Shown: in pieces, positions 52,917-62,991 of the stretch
How the letters are laid out: each line of letters begins with the position of its first letter
Numbering within the stretch: the first letter of the stretch is position 1
From: Mycobacteriales bacterium
GTDB lineage: Bacteria > Actinomycetota > Actinomycetes > Mycobacteriales > SCTD01
Assembly: GCA_030447385.1 (NCBI GenBank)
Contig: JAUJOY010000002.1
Location: 99,392-163,391 of the forward strand
Length of the DNA: 64,000 bases
Direction of reading: 5' to 3'
Notes under the pieces: model-generated
What the model was told of the DNA's origin: nothing
The model's input: only the letters and a program-made list of their open reading frames with translations
Databases searched by the model: none
Made by a program: the position numbers and the translations under genes

Positions 52917-53555
52917 GTGCGCGTCACCTCCAGAAGCCTTGTCGTCCTCGCCATCACCGGGGGGGCCCTTGCCGCCACCAGCACCGGCGCCTTCGCCGGC
53001 CACGGCAGCGACAGCGGGTACGACCGCGGGGATGACCTGCGCGTCGTCTCCTACATCAACGGCGACGGCGGCAAGAACGCCGACGTCGACCCGAACAGCA
53101 GCTGCTTCAACCCGGACCAGTACGACATGCAGAAGTTCAGCAGCCCCGCCTCGGGCAACCCCGGCGACAACAACGTGCACAACGACGCGTGCTTCCTGGA
53201 CAACGACGGCAACAAGGTCGGCAAGAACATCGGCGCCAGCTTCGTGGCCTCCGGCACCGGCTACATCAGCGCCTGCCCCGACCCGGACGGCGCCGGCCCG
53301 GCGGTGGCGCGCCTGCGCGACCTGAACGGCGACGGCCGCAACGACAGCTGCTTCCAGAGCAGCTACCAGGAGAAGGGCGTCGCGGGGGACTTCGAGTACC
53401 ACGTGCGCGTCAACAACACCGGCATGGAGGGTGAGCAGCAGGTCAAGTGGGGTCGCGACGACGACGCCGACGGCCGGATCGACGACCGCAACGACGACGA
53501 CGTCAAGGTCGACTGGTCCGCCACCGGCCTGACCGGCTCCTCGTACAGCTGGTAG
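52917..53555 (+). CDS. Secreted Asp/Asn-rich protein with Ca-binding-like DxNGDG/DxDG motifs
   Basis: RBS AGGAG; signal peptide ending AFA; DLNGDGRND, DDDADGRID; 4 Cys; strong GC3 bias. Confidence 0.75.
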   Translation: MRVTSRSLVVLAITGGALAATSTGAFAGHGSDSGYDRGDDLRVVSYINGDGGKNADVDPNSSCFNPDQYDMQKFSSPASGNPGDNNVHNDACFLDNDGNKVGKNIGASFVASGTGYISACPDPDGAGPAVARLRDLNGDGRNDSCFQSSYQEKGVAGDFEYHVRVNNTGMEGEQQVKWGRDDDADGRIDDRNDDDVKVDWSATGLTGSSYSW

Positions 53556-53574
53556 TCCCGGTCATCCTCAGCGG

Positions 53575-54360
53575 ATGAGCACGACGTCGATGGCTGCGGT
53601 GCGATCGCGCACCGCAGCCATCGGCGTGCTGTGCGGGGGGTTGCTGCTCGCCGGCCCGGCCGGGGCGCACCCCGAGGGACAGACCCCCTACCGCTACGTC
53701 GTCGCGCCTGCGGGCGTGACGTCGGCAGGTCCGCCCGAGCCCGGGGCGAGCACGCAGCCGATCGGCCGTCCGGGGTTCGCCGGCACGACCGACAACCAGA
53801 TGCAGCTCACGCTGCCGGCCGGCGCGCTGCCACCGCGGGCGGGCGAGCAGGGTGTCCGGGTTGCGCTCGACCAGCAGGACCCGGCGCTGCTCCCGGCACT
53901 GCCGCGAGGGTTCGAGCCCGAGGGCAACGTCTACCGCGTCAGTCTCACCTACGCGGCCTCAGGTGCCGAGGTGACGCGGCTGGCGGTGCCCGCCCCGTTG
54001 GGCCTGACGGCCCCTGCCGCACCCACCGGCGTCCTGCAGCTCGTCGGCGAGCGCTGGCAGCCGGTCCCGTACACGCCGGTGGCGGCCGACGAGGGCTTCA
54101 GCAGCGTCGTGCTGCTGCAGACGGGCACCGCCACGTTCCTGCAGGTGTACGACCCTGCGTCCGCGCAGTCCGCCCCGGCAGCCGCCGGCGCGTCCCCACC
54201 GCCGCAGCCGTCGTCCGCTCTGGCCCCCACGGCGCAGGCGGCGCCGCGCCCCGGGCCCGGGGGGGTGCTCACGTACGCGGCGGCCCTCGTCCTCGTCACG
54301 CTGCTCGGGCAGGGCATCGTCCGCCGGCGGCGGCGCAAGGCCCTTCCTGCCGCACCATGA
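53575..54360 (+). CDS. Exported protein with a C-terminal membrane anchor
   Basis: N-terminal signal (AGA-H), Pro/Ala linker, TM segment followed by RRRRRK. Confidence 0.65.
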   Translation: MSTTSMAAVRSRTAAIGVLCGGLLLAGPAGAHPEGQTPYRYVVAPAGVTSAGPPEPGASTQPIGRPGFAGTTDNQMQLTLPAGALPPRAGEQGVRVALDQQDPALLPALPRGFEPEGNVYRVSLTYAASGAEVTRLAVPAPLGLTAPAAPTGVLQLVGERWQPVPYTPVAADEGFSSVVLLQTGTATFLQVYDPASAQSAPAAAGASPPPQPSSALAPTAQAAPRPGPGGVLTYAAALVLVTLLGQGIVRRRRRKALPAAP

Positions 54361-54598
54361 CGCGTCCGGGCGCGCGAGGCGGCGGCAGCTGAGCTACGTC
54401 CCGAGCAGGCTGCCGTTCCGGGGTAGGGCCTCAGCGCGCTTCAGCCGAGGAACACCGGGGATCTACGCTCAGCTCATGCCGAGCGGCGAGCAGCGGACAC
54501 GTTCCGGAGTTCCCGTGGCTCGGATGGTTGAGCAAGATCCAACCGACGAGGGACTTCTGAGGGACTTCCCGGACGCCCGACCCCTCTGACCGGCGGAG

Positions 54599-55954
54599 AT
54601 GAGTGCAATCGACAAGCAGCAGGAGTACGTGCTCCGCACCCTCGAGGAAAGGGACATCCGGTTCGTCCGGCTGTGGTTCACCGACGTGCTCGGAACCCTC
54701 AAGTCGGTGGCCATCGCGCCGGCCGAGCTCGAGGGCGCCTTCGCCGAGGGCATCGGCTTCGACGGCAGCGCCATCGAGGGCTTCGCCCGGGTGCACGAGA
54801 GCGACATGCTGGCCCGCCCGGACCCCGCCACCTTCCAGGTGCTGCCCTGGCGCAGCGAGAGCCCCGACGGCGTCGGCACCGCCCGGATGTTCTGCGACAT
54901 CTCCATGCCCGACGGCACGGCGTCCTGGGCCGATCCGCGGCACGTCCTGCGACGGGCTCTGGGGCGGGCGGCCGAAGCGGGGTTCACCTTCTACACCCAC
55001 CCCGAGATCGAGTTCTTCCTGCTGAAGGGGCAGCCCGCTCCCGGCGAGCAGCCCGTACCCGTGGACAGCGCGGGCTACTTCGACCTCACGCCGCACGGGG
55101 TGAGCCAGGACTTCCGGCGGGACGCCATCACGATGCTGGAGCGCATGGGCATCTCGGTGGAGTTCAGCCACCACGAGGTTGCGCCTGGGCAGCAGGAGAT
55201 CGACCTGCGCTACGCGGACGCCCTCTCGACCGCGGACAACATCCTCACGACGCGGCACGTCATCAAGGAGGTCGCCCTGAGTCAGGGCGTCTACGCGACC
55301 TTCATGCCCAAGCCGTTCAGCGACCAGCCCGGCAGCGGGATGCACACGCACCTGTCGCTGTTCGAGGGCGACACCAACGCCTTCTACGACGGCTCGGACC
55401 CGCTGCACCTGTCGAAGGTCGCCCGGCACTTCATCGCGGGCCTGCTTCAGCACGCGGCGGAGATCACCGCGGTGACCAACCAGTGGGTCAACTCCTACAA
55501 GCGGCTCGTCTCCGGTGGGGAGGCGCCGCCCTACGTGTGCTGGGGCTCGAACAACCGCAGCGCGCTGGTGCGGGTGCCGATGTACAAGCCGCGCAAGAGC
55601 GGCTCTACCCGCGTCGAGGTGCGCAGCCCGGACAGCGCGGCCAACCCGTACCTGTGCTTCGCGGTTCTGCTCGCAGCCGGCCTGAAGGGGATCGAGCAGG
55701 CGTACGAGCTGCCGCAGGGCGCCGAGGACGACGTGTGGACCCTCACCGACGGCGAACGACGCGCCATGGGCATGACGCCGCTGCCGGCCAGCCTCGCGGA
55801 GGCCGTCGACGTCATGGAGCGCAGCGAGCTGGTGGCCGAGACGCTGGGGGAGCAGGTCTTCGACTTCTTCCTGCGCAACAAGCGGGCGGAGTGGCAGGCC
55901 TACCGCTCGCAGGTCACGCCGTTCGAGCTTCGCCGCTACCTGCCCGTGCTGTGA
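54599..55954 (+). CDS. glnA: Type I glutamine synthetase (GlnA2-like)
   Basis: FDGSAIEG, HHEVAPGQQEI, TFMPKP, GSGMHTH, NRSALVRVP, RSPDSAANPYL. Confidence 0.93.
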   Translation: MSAIDKQQEYVLRTLEERDIRFVRLWFTDVLGTLKSVAIAPAELEGAFAEGIGFDGSAIEGFARVHESDMLARPDPATFQVLPWRSESPDGVGTARMFCDISMPDGTASWADPRHVLRRALGRAAEAGFTFYTHPEIEFFLLKGQPAPGEQPVPVDSAGYFDLTPHGVSQDFRRDAITMLERMGISVEFSHHEVAPGQQEIDLRYADALSTADNILTTRHVIKEVALSQGVYATFMPKPFSDQPGSGMHTHLSLFEGDTNAFYDGSDPLHLSKVARHFIAGLLQHAAEITAVTNQWVNSYKRLVSGGEAPPYVCWGSNNRSALVRVPMYKPRKSGSTRVEVRSPDSAANPYLCFAVLLAAGLKGIEQAYELPQGAEDDVWTLTDGERRAMGMTPLPASLAEAVDVMERSELVAETLGEQVFDFFLRNKRAEWQAYRSQVTPFELRRYLPVL

Positions 55955-56697
55955 CCGCCCGCGCCCTGGTCGTCACCCACTCCGCGGGGGAGAGCCCTGG
56001 GACGCTGGCGGACTGGCTGCCCGCCGCGGGCCTGGAGCTCGAGGTCGTCGCGCCATGGCAGGGCCAGCAGCTGCCGGCGGGCCTGGGGGGTTACGACGCC
56101 CTCGTGGTCATGGGCGGCCCGCAGCAGGCCTACGACGACAGCTCGGCGCCGTGGCTGCGCGCCACCAAGGAGCTCCTGCGTGAGGCGGTCGCCGGGCAGG
56201 TGCCGACCCTCGCCATCTGTCTCGGCGCGCAGCTGCTGGCCGAGGCCTGCGGTGGCCGGGTCGAGAAGGGCGCCGACGGTGTCGAGGCCGGTGCGCGGCT
56301 CGTGGCCAAGCGCGACATCGCCTGGGACGACGAGCTGTTCCGCGACGTGCCGTTCACCCCGACCGTCGTGCAGTGGCACGAGGACGCCATCGTGGACCTG
56401 CCGCCCGGGGCGGTGCTCCTGGCCAGCAGCAGCCGCTACGCGCATCAGGCGTTCCGGGTCGGGGCGTGCGCGTGGGGCCTGCAGTTCCACATCGAGACGC
56501 CACCGGAGATGGTGCGGCGCTGGGGCGAGGAGTACGCCGGCGCGGTGCTCGCGGCCGGCCTCGACCCGCAGGCGCTCGCCGAGCGAGCCGTCGAGGAGCT
56601 GCCCGAGGTCGAGGCGTGCTGGCATCCACTGGTCACCCGCTTCGCGCAGATCGCGAAGGGATCCGGCCGCACCGTGCTGCCGGTCGTCACGCCCTGA
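55951..56697 (+). CDS. Class I glutamine amidotransferase
   Basis: MGGP, ICLGAQLL, WHED, GLQFHIE. Confidence 0.9.
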   Translation: MTARALVVTHSAGESPGTLADWLPAAGLELEVVAPWQGQQLPAGLGGYDALVVMGGPQQAYDDSSAPWLRATKELLREAVAGQVPTLAICLGAQLLAEACGGRVEKGADGVEAGARLVAKRDIAWDDELFRDVPFTPTVVQWHEDAIVDLPPGAVLLASSSRYAHQAFRVGACAWGLQFHIETPPEMVRRWGEEYAGAVLAAGLDPQALAERAVEELPEVEACWHPLVTRFAQIAKGSGRTVLPVVTP

Positions 56698-56722
56698 GCG
56701 GCGCGCCGCCCCCGGATCGCCG

Positions 56723-59700
56723 ATGACCGTCTTCGACTCCCGCGGCACGGGCGCCGGGCTGCTGGTGCGCCTGGGCTTTCGCGACCGGGCAGCGGCAGAG
56801 CAGACCCTGGACCGGCTCGGCCTCTGGGGAGACGGCCGGCCGCTGGACGAGGCGGCGACGGTGCTCCTGACCGATGCCGCTGACGCCGCGGACCCCGACC
56901 TCGCGCTGTCGTCGCTGGCGGGGCTGCTCGACACCGCCGCCGACGGCGACCGGCTGCGGACCGCACTGCTGGAGCGGGCGGGGCTGCGCCGCAGGTTGTT
57001 CGGCGTGCTGGGTGCCAGCGTCGCCCTTGGTGAGCACCTGCTCGCACACCCGCAGGACTGGCACGTGCTGCGGGACGACGACCGGGCGGCGGCGCGGCCG
57101 AGCTGCGCGCAGCTGCAGCACGAGCTGCTGGCCGCCGTGGACGCGCCTGCGGGTGCCGAGCTCCCGACGGGTACTGGTGGTGCCCGTGCCGGGCTGACCG
57201 GAGCCGATGCGGTGCCGGCCATGCGCGCTGCCTACCGGCGCTGCCTGCTCTCCCTGGCCGCACGGGACCTGTCCGGCGCCCTGCCGGTCGAGGAGGTCTC
57301 GGGGGAGCTGGCCGACCTCGCCGGAGCCACGCTCGTGGCCGGCCTGGCGGTCGCCGCCGCGGGACTGCCCGACGACGCGCCCGGCTGCCGCCTGGCCGTC
57401 GTGGCGATGGGGAAGACAGGCGGCTCGGAGCTCAACTACGTCAGCGACGTCGATGTCGTCTTCGTCGGGGAGCCGCTGAGCGAGAACGGCGTGGACGCCC
57501 CCACCGACGGGGCGCTGCGCACGGCGACCCGCCTGGCGAGCGAGCTGATGCGGGTGTGTGCGGACGTGGCCTGGCCGGTGGACGCCGGCCTGCGGCCCGA
57601 GGGCGGCTCCGGACCGCTGGTCCGGACCCTCGCCAGCCATGAGGCCTACTACTCGCGGTGGGCCCAGACCTGGGAGTTCCAGGCGCTGCTCAAGGCCCGG
57701 CCGGTCGCCGGGGACCTGGAGCTCGGCCAGCGCTACGTCGACGCGATCGCGCCCAAGGTCTGGTCCGCCGGTGAGCGGCCCGGCTTCGTGGAGGACGTGC
57801 AGGCGATGCGCCGTCGGGTGGAGCGCACGCTTCCCGGCGACCGGGCGGAGCGGGAGGTCAAGCTCGGTCCGGGCGGGCTGCGCGACATCGAGTTCGCCGT
57901 CCAGCTGCTGCAGCTGGTGCACGGCCGCACCGACGAGCAGGTGCGCAGCGGCAACACCCTGGTGGCGCTGGACTCGCTCGCGGCCGGGGGCTACGTCGGC
58001 AGGGAGGACGCGCGGCACCTTCGGGAGGCCTACCGCTGGCTGCGCACCGTCGAGCACCGCCTCCAGCTGCACCGGCTGCGGCGTACGCATCTGCTCCCTG
58101 CCGCCGACGACGACGCGGCACTGCACCGGCTGGCCCGCTCGGTCGGCTACCGCAAGGACGCGCTGCCGACCTTCCGCCGCGAGCGCGCGGGATACGGCCG
58201 CGAGGTGCGCCGTCTGCACGAGAAGCTCTTCTACCGGCCACTGCTGTCGGCAGTGGCTCGGCTGCCGACCGAGCAGGCCCGGCTCACTCCCGAGGCGGCG
58301 CGGGCGCGGCTGGAGGCGCTGGGCTTCGAGGAGCCGGCGGTCGCGCTGCGGCACCTCGAGGCGCTGACGGAGGGGGTCTCGCGCCGGGCGGCCATCCAGC
58401 AGACGCTGCTCCCGGCGATGCTCGGCTGGTTCGCGGACGCGGCCGATCCCGATGCGGGCCTGCTGGCCTTCCGGCAGGTGTCGGACCGGCTGGGCTCTAC
58501 GCCCTGGTTCCTCCGGCTGCTGCGTGACGAGGGCCGCGCGGCGGAGCGGCTCGCACACCTGCTGGCCTCCTCGCGATTCGTGACCGACCTGCTGGGGCGG
58601 GCGCCCGAGGCGATCCGGCTGCTGGCCTCCGACAGCGAGCTCGAGCCGCGTCCGCGTGCCGCCCTCGAAAGCGCCTTAGTGGCCACGGTGCGCCGACGGG
58701 AGGACTGGGAGGGCTCCGTCGTCGCCGTACGCGGGCTTCGGCGCGAGGAGCTGCTGAGGGTCGCGTGCGCCGACCTGCTCGGCCTGATCGACCAGCAGGT
58801 CGTCGGTCGGGCGCTGTCCGACGTGGCCGCCGCCGTGCTGGCCGCGGCCCTGACGACGGCGACCCGCAAGCTGGAGGCGGAGCGTCGCCGTCCCTTGCCG
58901 ATCCGCTTCGCCGTCCTCGCCATGGGCCGGCTCGGCGGGGGAGAGCAGGGGTACGGGAGCGACGCGGACGTCCTGTTCGTGCACGTCCCGCTCGCGGGCG
59001 TCCCGGACAGCGAGGCGGCGAGCGCCGCCAACGACCTCGCCCACGAGATGCGCCGGCTGCTGGCGCTGCCCGCCGCCGATCCGCCGCTGCAGCTCGACGC
59101 CGATCTGCGCCCCGAGGGCAAGCAGGGCCCGCTCAGCCGCAGCCTCGCCTCCTACACGGCCTACTACGCCCGCTGGTCGCACGTCTGGGAGTCGCACGCG
59201 CTGCTTCGGGCGGCGCCGCTCGTCGGGGACGAGGCGCTGACGACGCAGTTCCTGGCGCTGGTCGAGCCGCTGCGCTACCCGGAGAACGGCCTGAGCGACC
59301 AGCAGGTACGCGAGATCCGCCGACTGAAGGCCCGCATGGAGGCTGAGCGGCTTCCCCGCGGGGTCGACCCGAAGCTCGCGCTGAAGCTGGGGCCGGGTGG
59401 GCTGGCCGACGTGGAGTGGGTCGTGCAGCTGCTGCAGCTGCAGCACGCCCGTGCGGTGCACGCACTGCGCACCCCCGCGACCCTGCCGGCGCTCGCGGCG
59501 GCGCAGGACGCGGGGCTGCTCGACGCGGCCGACGCGGACGTGCTGCGGACGGCCTGGCAGCTGGCGGTGCACGTGCGCAACGCCCTGGTCCTGGTCCGCG
59601 GCAAGCCCGCCGTCAGCCTGCCGACAGGCGGGCGGGACCTCGACGGTGTGGCGCGCGCGCTCGGTTATCCTGCGGGCTCGCAGGGAGACTTCCTGGACGA

Positions 59701-59758
59701 CTACCGGCGGGCCACTCGTCGCGCGAGGGCCGTCGTCGAAAGGGTGTTCTACGCATGA
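56723..59758 (+). CDS. glnE: Glutamine synthetase adenylyltransferase/deadenylase
   Basis: Two nucleotidyltransferase domains (MGKTGGSELNYVSDVD; MGRLGGGEQGYGSDAD), LRPEG, KLGPGG. Confidence 0.95.
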   Translation: MTVFDSRGTGAGLLVRLGFRDRAAAEQTLDRLGLWGDGRPLDEAATVLLTDAADAADPDLALSSLAGLLDTAADGDRLRTALLERAGLRRRLFGVLGASVALGEHLLAHPQDWHVLRDDDRAAARPSCAQLQHELLAAVDAPAGAELPTGTGGARAGLTGADAVPAMRAAYRRCLLSLAARDLSGALPVEEVSGELADLAGATLVAGLAVAAAGLPDDAPGCRLAVVAMGKTGGSELNYVSDVDVVFVGEPLSENGVDAPTDGALRTATRLASELMRVCADVAWPVDAGLRPEGGSGPLVRTLASHEAYYSRWAQTWEFQALLKARPVAGDLELGQRYVDAIAPKVWSAGERPGFVEDVQAMRRRVERTLPGDRAEREVKLGPGGLRDIEFAVQLLQLVHGRTDEQVRSGNTLVALDSLAAGGYVGREDARHLREAYRWLRTVEHRLQLHRLRRTHLLPAADDDAALHRLARSVGYRKDALPTFRRERAGYGREVRRLHEKLFYRPLLSAVARLPTEQARLTPEAARARLEALGFEEPAVALRHLEALTEGVSRRAAIQQTLLPAMLGWFADAADPDAGLLAFRQVSDRLGSTPWFLRLLRDEGRAAERLAHLLASSRFVTDLLGRAPEAIRLLASDSELEPRPRAALESALVATVRRREDWEGSVVAVRGLRREELLRVACADLLGLIDQQVVGRALSDVAAAVLAAALTTATRKLEAERRRPLPIRFAVLAMGRLGGGEQGYGSDADVLFVHVPLAGVPDSEAASAANDLAHEMRRLLALPAADPPLQLDADLRPEGKQGPLSRSLASYTAYYARWSHVWESHALLRAAPLVGDEALTTQFLALVEPLRYPENGLSDQQVREIRRLKARMEAERLPRGVDPKLALKLGPGGLADVEWVVQLLQLQHARAVHALRTPATLPALAAAQDAGLLDAADADVLRTAWQLAVHVRNALVLVRGKPAVSLPTGGRDLDGVARALGYPAGSQGDFLDDYRRATRRARAVVERVFYA

Positions 59759-61329
59759 ACAACTCGTCCCAGGTACGCACGGTCCAGGCAGCGCAGACCA
59801 GCTTCCTGCTGCGTGAGCACCCCGACGGCTCCACAGCTTCGACCCCGGTGCTGCTGCTGCACGGCGTACCCGAGACCGCATCGTGCTGGAAGCAGGTCGC
59901 TCCACACCTGGCCGCCGGTCGGCGGGTGCTCGCTCCCGACCTGCCCGGGCTCGGCGGCTCGTCCTACCCCGGTCCGTTCGACGTGGCGTCCCTGGTGTCG
60001 CAGCTCGCGGCGCTCGTCGAGAACGAGGTGCCCGGCGGTCGGGTGGACGTCGTCGGCCACGACTGGGGTGGATCCCTCGCCCTGGCTCTGGCGGGCGCCC
60101 GCCCCGAGCTGGTGCGCCGCCTGGTCGTGGTCAACGCGCCCTACCGCCAGGTGCCGCTCCTGCGGGCGGCGTACATCCCGTTCCTGGCCCTTCCCGTGGC
60201 GCCCGAGCTGTTGTTCAAGCTGGGCGGTCGGCGGGTCGTGGACGCGGTGTTCGCGACGGTGTGGAAGTCCTCGACGTCACTGGACGAGGAGAGCCGGGCG
60301 GAGTACTGGGCGGCGTACACCGACCCGGTCAAGATCGCGGCGATGCTCGGCTACTACCGCGCCGCCACGCGGCCCCGGCTGGCCCGGCTCGTCCTGCGGG
60401 AGGGCGTCCCGGTGCCGAAGCGGAGGCGGGTCCAGGCCGAGAAGGCGCTCGTGCTGTGGGGGGCCGCGGATCCCATCCTGCCGGTGAGCCTTGGCGAGGG
60501 GGTGGTGCGCGACCTCGGGGCCGACTGCGTCATGGTGACCGTGCCGGGGGCCGGGCACTTCGTGATCGAGGAGGCGCCCGAGGTCGTCACGCGCGTCCTG
60601 CTCGACTTCCTCGCGGACGAGACCACGCCGGCGGTGGCGCCTGCGGCGCCACCGGAGAAGGCGGCGAAGGAGCACGAGCCGATCGAGCCGCCGCCAGGAG
60701 TGGTGGACGAGCCGGCGAAGCCGGCCAGGAAGGCGCCCGCCCGCAGGGCGACGCGCGCGTCGGCGGACGCGGGCACGTCCGGCAGCAGCACCGCCGTCAC
60801 CTCTCCCGCGCAACCGCCTGGGGCTCAGAAGGCCCCAGCCAGGGGAGCCGCCGCGAAGAAGACCGCGCAGGCTCCGCCGAGGAGGACCGCTCGGGCGGCT
60901 GCTCCGGTCACTTCGGCGGACGCCCAGCAGGGCGTGCCTCCCGCGAAGGCGCTCGGGAGGAAGACCGCGCCGGCGAGAGTGCCTGCTGTCAGAGCACCTG
61001 CCCCGGGAGAGGCGCAGGCAGCGGCGAAGGCGCCCGCTGCGGGAAAGGCACCGGCTGCGCGAAGGGCGCCGGCCGCGGCGAAGGCACCGGCTGCGGGAAA
61101 GGCACCGGCCGCGGCGAAGGCACCCGCCGGGGCGAAGAAGGCCCCGGCAGCCAAGGTCCCCGCAAGAAGGGCTGCTCCGCGCACGGCGCCCGTCGCTCAG
61201 GCACCCGCCGCAGAGCCTCCGGCGATCACGGCGCCGGCGAAGAAGGCATCCGCCAGGAGCGTCCCGGCCAACAACCCGCCGGCGAAGAAGAAGGCGGCGG
61301 TCAGCCGGCCTCGTCGGAACCAGCCGTAG
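59755..61329 (+). CDS. Alpha/beta hydrolase with a Lys/Ala/Pro-rich histone-H1-like tail
   Basis: LLHGVPE, DLPGLGGS, GHDWGG, WGAADP, GAGHF; roughly 230-aa low-complexity tail. Confidence 0.85.
   Translation: MNNSSQVRTVQAAQTSFLLREHPDGSTASTPVLLLHGVPETASCWKQVAPHLAAGRRVLAPDLPGLGGSSYPGPFDVASLVSQLAALVENEVPGGRVDVVGHDWGGSLALALAGARPELVRRLVVVNAPYRQVPLLRAAYIPFLALPVAPELLFKLGGRRVVDAVFATVWKSSTSLDEESRAEYWAAYTDPVKIAAMLGYYRAATRPRLARLVLREGVPVPKRRRVQAEKALVLWGAADPILPVSLGEGVVRDLGADCVMVTVPGAGHFVIEEAPEVVTRVLLDFLADETTPAVAPAAPPEKAAKEHEPIEPPPGVVDEPAKPARKAPARRATRASADAGTSGSSTAVTSPAQPPGAQKAPARGAAAKKTAQAPPRRTARAAAPVTSADAQQGVPPAKALGRKTAPARVPAVRAPAPGEAQAAAKAPAAGKAPAARRAPAAAKAPAAGKAPAAAKAPAGAKKAPAAKVPARRAAPRTAPVAQAPAAEPPAITAPAKKASARSVPANNPPAKKKAAVSRPRRNQP
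61021..61156 (+). repeat. Imperfect 18-bp tandem repeat encoding (A/G)KAPAA units
   Basis: About 7 units such as gcgaaggcaccggctgcg / ggaaaggcaccggccgcg. Confidence 0.8.
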
Positions 61330-61651
61330 CGTCGGCTCGCCGGCGAGCCAGCGTGACGCTCAGCAGCGCCGCGCTGGGCGCGAACAGCAGCCCGACGAAG
61401 TCCGCCGGCAGCGCGAAGAGCACGAGCAGCCACTCGAGCAAGGCGGCTGCCTGCAGCGGCCGCCGCTCGGCGGGTCGCAGGACGGCCGCGGCCAGGGCTG
61501 CGCCGACCAGCAGCGTCGGCAGCACCGTCACGAGAACCTCGAAGGCCCGGTCCGGGGGGAGGTAGTCGAGCCGGGAGCAGGCGGCTACGTGCAGGCCGAG
61601 CGCCGCGAGGGGCAGCAGCAGATGGAGCGGCGCGGGTCGACGGGAGTCCAC
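61301..61651 (-). CDS. Small hypothetical membrane protein
   Basis: 116 aa with 3-4 hydrophobic stretches. Confidence 0.5.
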   Translation of the reverse strand: MDSRRPAPLHLLLPLAALGLHVAACSRLDYLPPDRAFEVLVTVLPTLLVGAALAAAVLRPAERRPLQAAALLEWLLVLFALPADFVGLLFAPSAALLSVTLARRRADATAGSDEAG

Positions 61652-61680
61652 AGCGACAGTCTCGCCCTAGCCTTGACGGA

Positions 61681-61830
61681 GTGACCCTGAAGGTGCTGGT
61701 CCTGCTGCTGGCGGTGGCGTTCGTCGCGTGGCGGCTCCTGCCCCGCCGACGGCTGCCCTGGATGGTGCCGCTGGTCCTCGTGGCCGTCGTGCTCGTCGTG
61801 CGCACGGTCACCTACCTCACCGAGGGATAG
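61681..61830 (+). CDS. 49-aa two-helix membrane peptide (below the ORF-track cut-off)
   Basis: GTG...TAG translates to MTLKVLVLLLAVAFVAWRLLPRRRLPWMVPLVLVAVVLVVRTVTYLTEG; nearly all third positions G/C. Confidence 0.55.
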   Translation: MTLKVLVLLLAVAFVAWRLLPRRRLPWMVPLVLVAVVLVVRTVTYLTEG

Positions 61831-61842
61831 CGACGCGCTTGG

Positions 61843-62991
61843 TCACGTGCCCTTCGCGAGGTGTCGCGCGATGACGAGCCGCTGGATCTGGTTGGTGCCC
61901 TCGAAGATCTGCATGACCTTCGCCTCCCGCATGTAGCGCTCGACCCGGAAGTCGCGGGTGTAGCCGTAACCCCCCAGCACCTGCACCGCATCGGTCGTCA
62001 CCTTCATGGCGCCGTCCGTCGCGACGAGCTTGGCGATGCTGGCGGCACGGGAGTACGGCTGACCGTGGTCCTTGCGCCGGGCGGCATCGAGGTAGGTGGC
62101 TCGCGCGGACTCCACCGCCGCGGCCATGTCGGCCAGCAGGAAGCCGAGCCCCTGATGGTCGACGATCGCCTTGCCAAAGGTCTGGCGCTCCCGGGCGTAC
62201 GCCACCGCGTCGTCCAGAGCGGCCTGCGCCAGCCCGGTGGCGATCGCGGCGATGCCGAGCCGGCCGGAGTCCAGCGCAGCCAGGGCGATCGGGAGCCCCT
62301 GGCCGCGGGCCCCGATCAGGCGGTCGGCGTCCACGCGTACGCCGTCGAAGCGCATCGTCGCGGTCGCCGAGCCGGTCAGGCCCATCTTGTCCTCGGGTGG
62401 ATCCGCCGTCAGGCCGGGGACGCCGGCGGGGACCAGGAAGCAGGAGACCCCGCCCGAGCGGCTCGGGTCCGTACGCGCCATCGTCGTGTAGAAGTCCGCG
62501 AAGCCGCCGTGCGTGACCCACGCCTTGACGCCGTCGAGCCGGTAGCGGCCGTTGGCGAGCTCGGCCCTCGTGCGCATCGCGGCCGGGTCTGATCCGGCGT
62601 CCTGCTCGGACAGGCAGTAGGCGCCGAGCAGCTCACCCTCGAGCATGTCCGGCAGCCAGCGCTGCTGCTGCTCGGCGGAGCCGAAGTGCGCGAGCGGGAA
62701 GCAGGTCAGCGCGTGCACGCTCACCCCGACCGCAACGCTCGCCCAGCGCGCGCCGAGCTCTTCGAGGACCTGCAGCCACACCTCGTAAGGCACTCCGCCG
62801 CCGCCGACGTCCTGCGGATAGGGCAGGCCCAGCAGGCCGACCCGGCCGAGGGTGCGGAAGACCTCCCGCGGGAAGATCGAGCTCCGTTCGTGCTCGGCGG
62901 CCACCGGTGCGAGCTCCCGATCCGCCAGCTGGCGTACGAGCGCCATCAGCTCGTCCGCCTCGGCGCTGGGCAGCAGGCGGCGTACAGGCAT
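61843..62991 (-). CDS. Acyl-CoA dehydrogenase
   Basis: YCLSEQDAGSD, GVKAWVT, KMG, RQTFGK, QVLGGYGY, IFEGTNQIQR. Confidence 0.95.
   Translation of the reverse strand: MPVRRLLPSAEADELMALVRQLADRELAPVAAEHERSSIFPREVFRTLGRVGLLGLPYPQDVGGGGVPYEVWLQVLEELGARWASVAVGVSVHALTCFPLAHFGSAEQQQRWLPDMLEGELLGAYCLSEQDAGSDPAAMRTRAELANGRYRLDGVKAWVTHGGFADFYTTMARTDPSRSGGVSCFLVPAGVPGLTADPPEDKMGLTGSATATMRFDGVRVDADRLIGARGQGLPIALAALDSGRLGIAAIATGLAQAALDDAVAYARERQTFGKAIVDHQGLGFLLADMAAAVESARATYLDAARRKDHGQPYSRAASIAKLVATDGAMKVTTDAVQVLGGYGYTRDFRVERYMREAKVMQIFEGTNQIQRLVIARHLAKGT

Noticed and set aside
61021-61156. Tandem repeats as a CRISPR array
   Set aside because: In-frame, degenerate coding repeats without spacers; no cas genes
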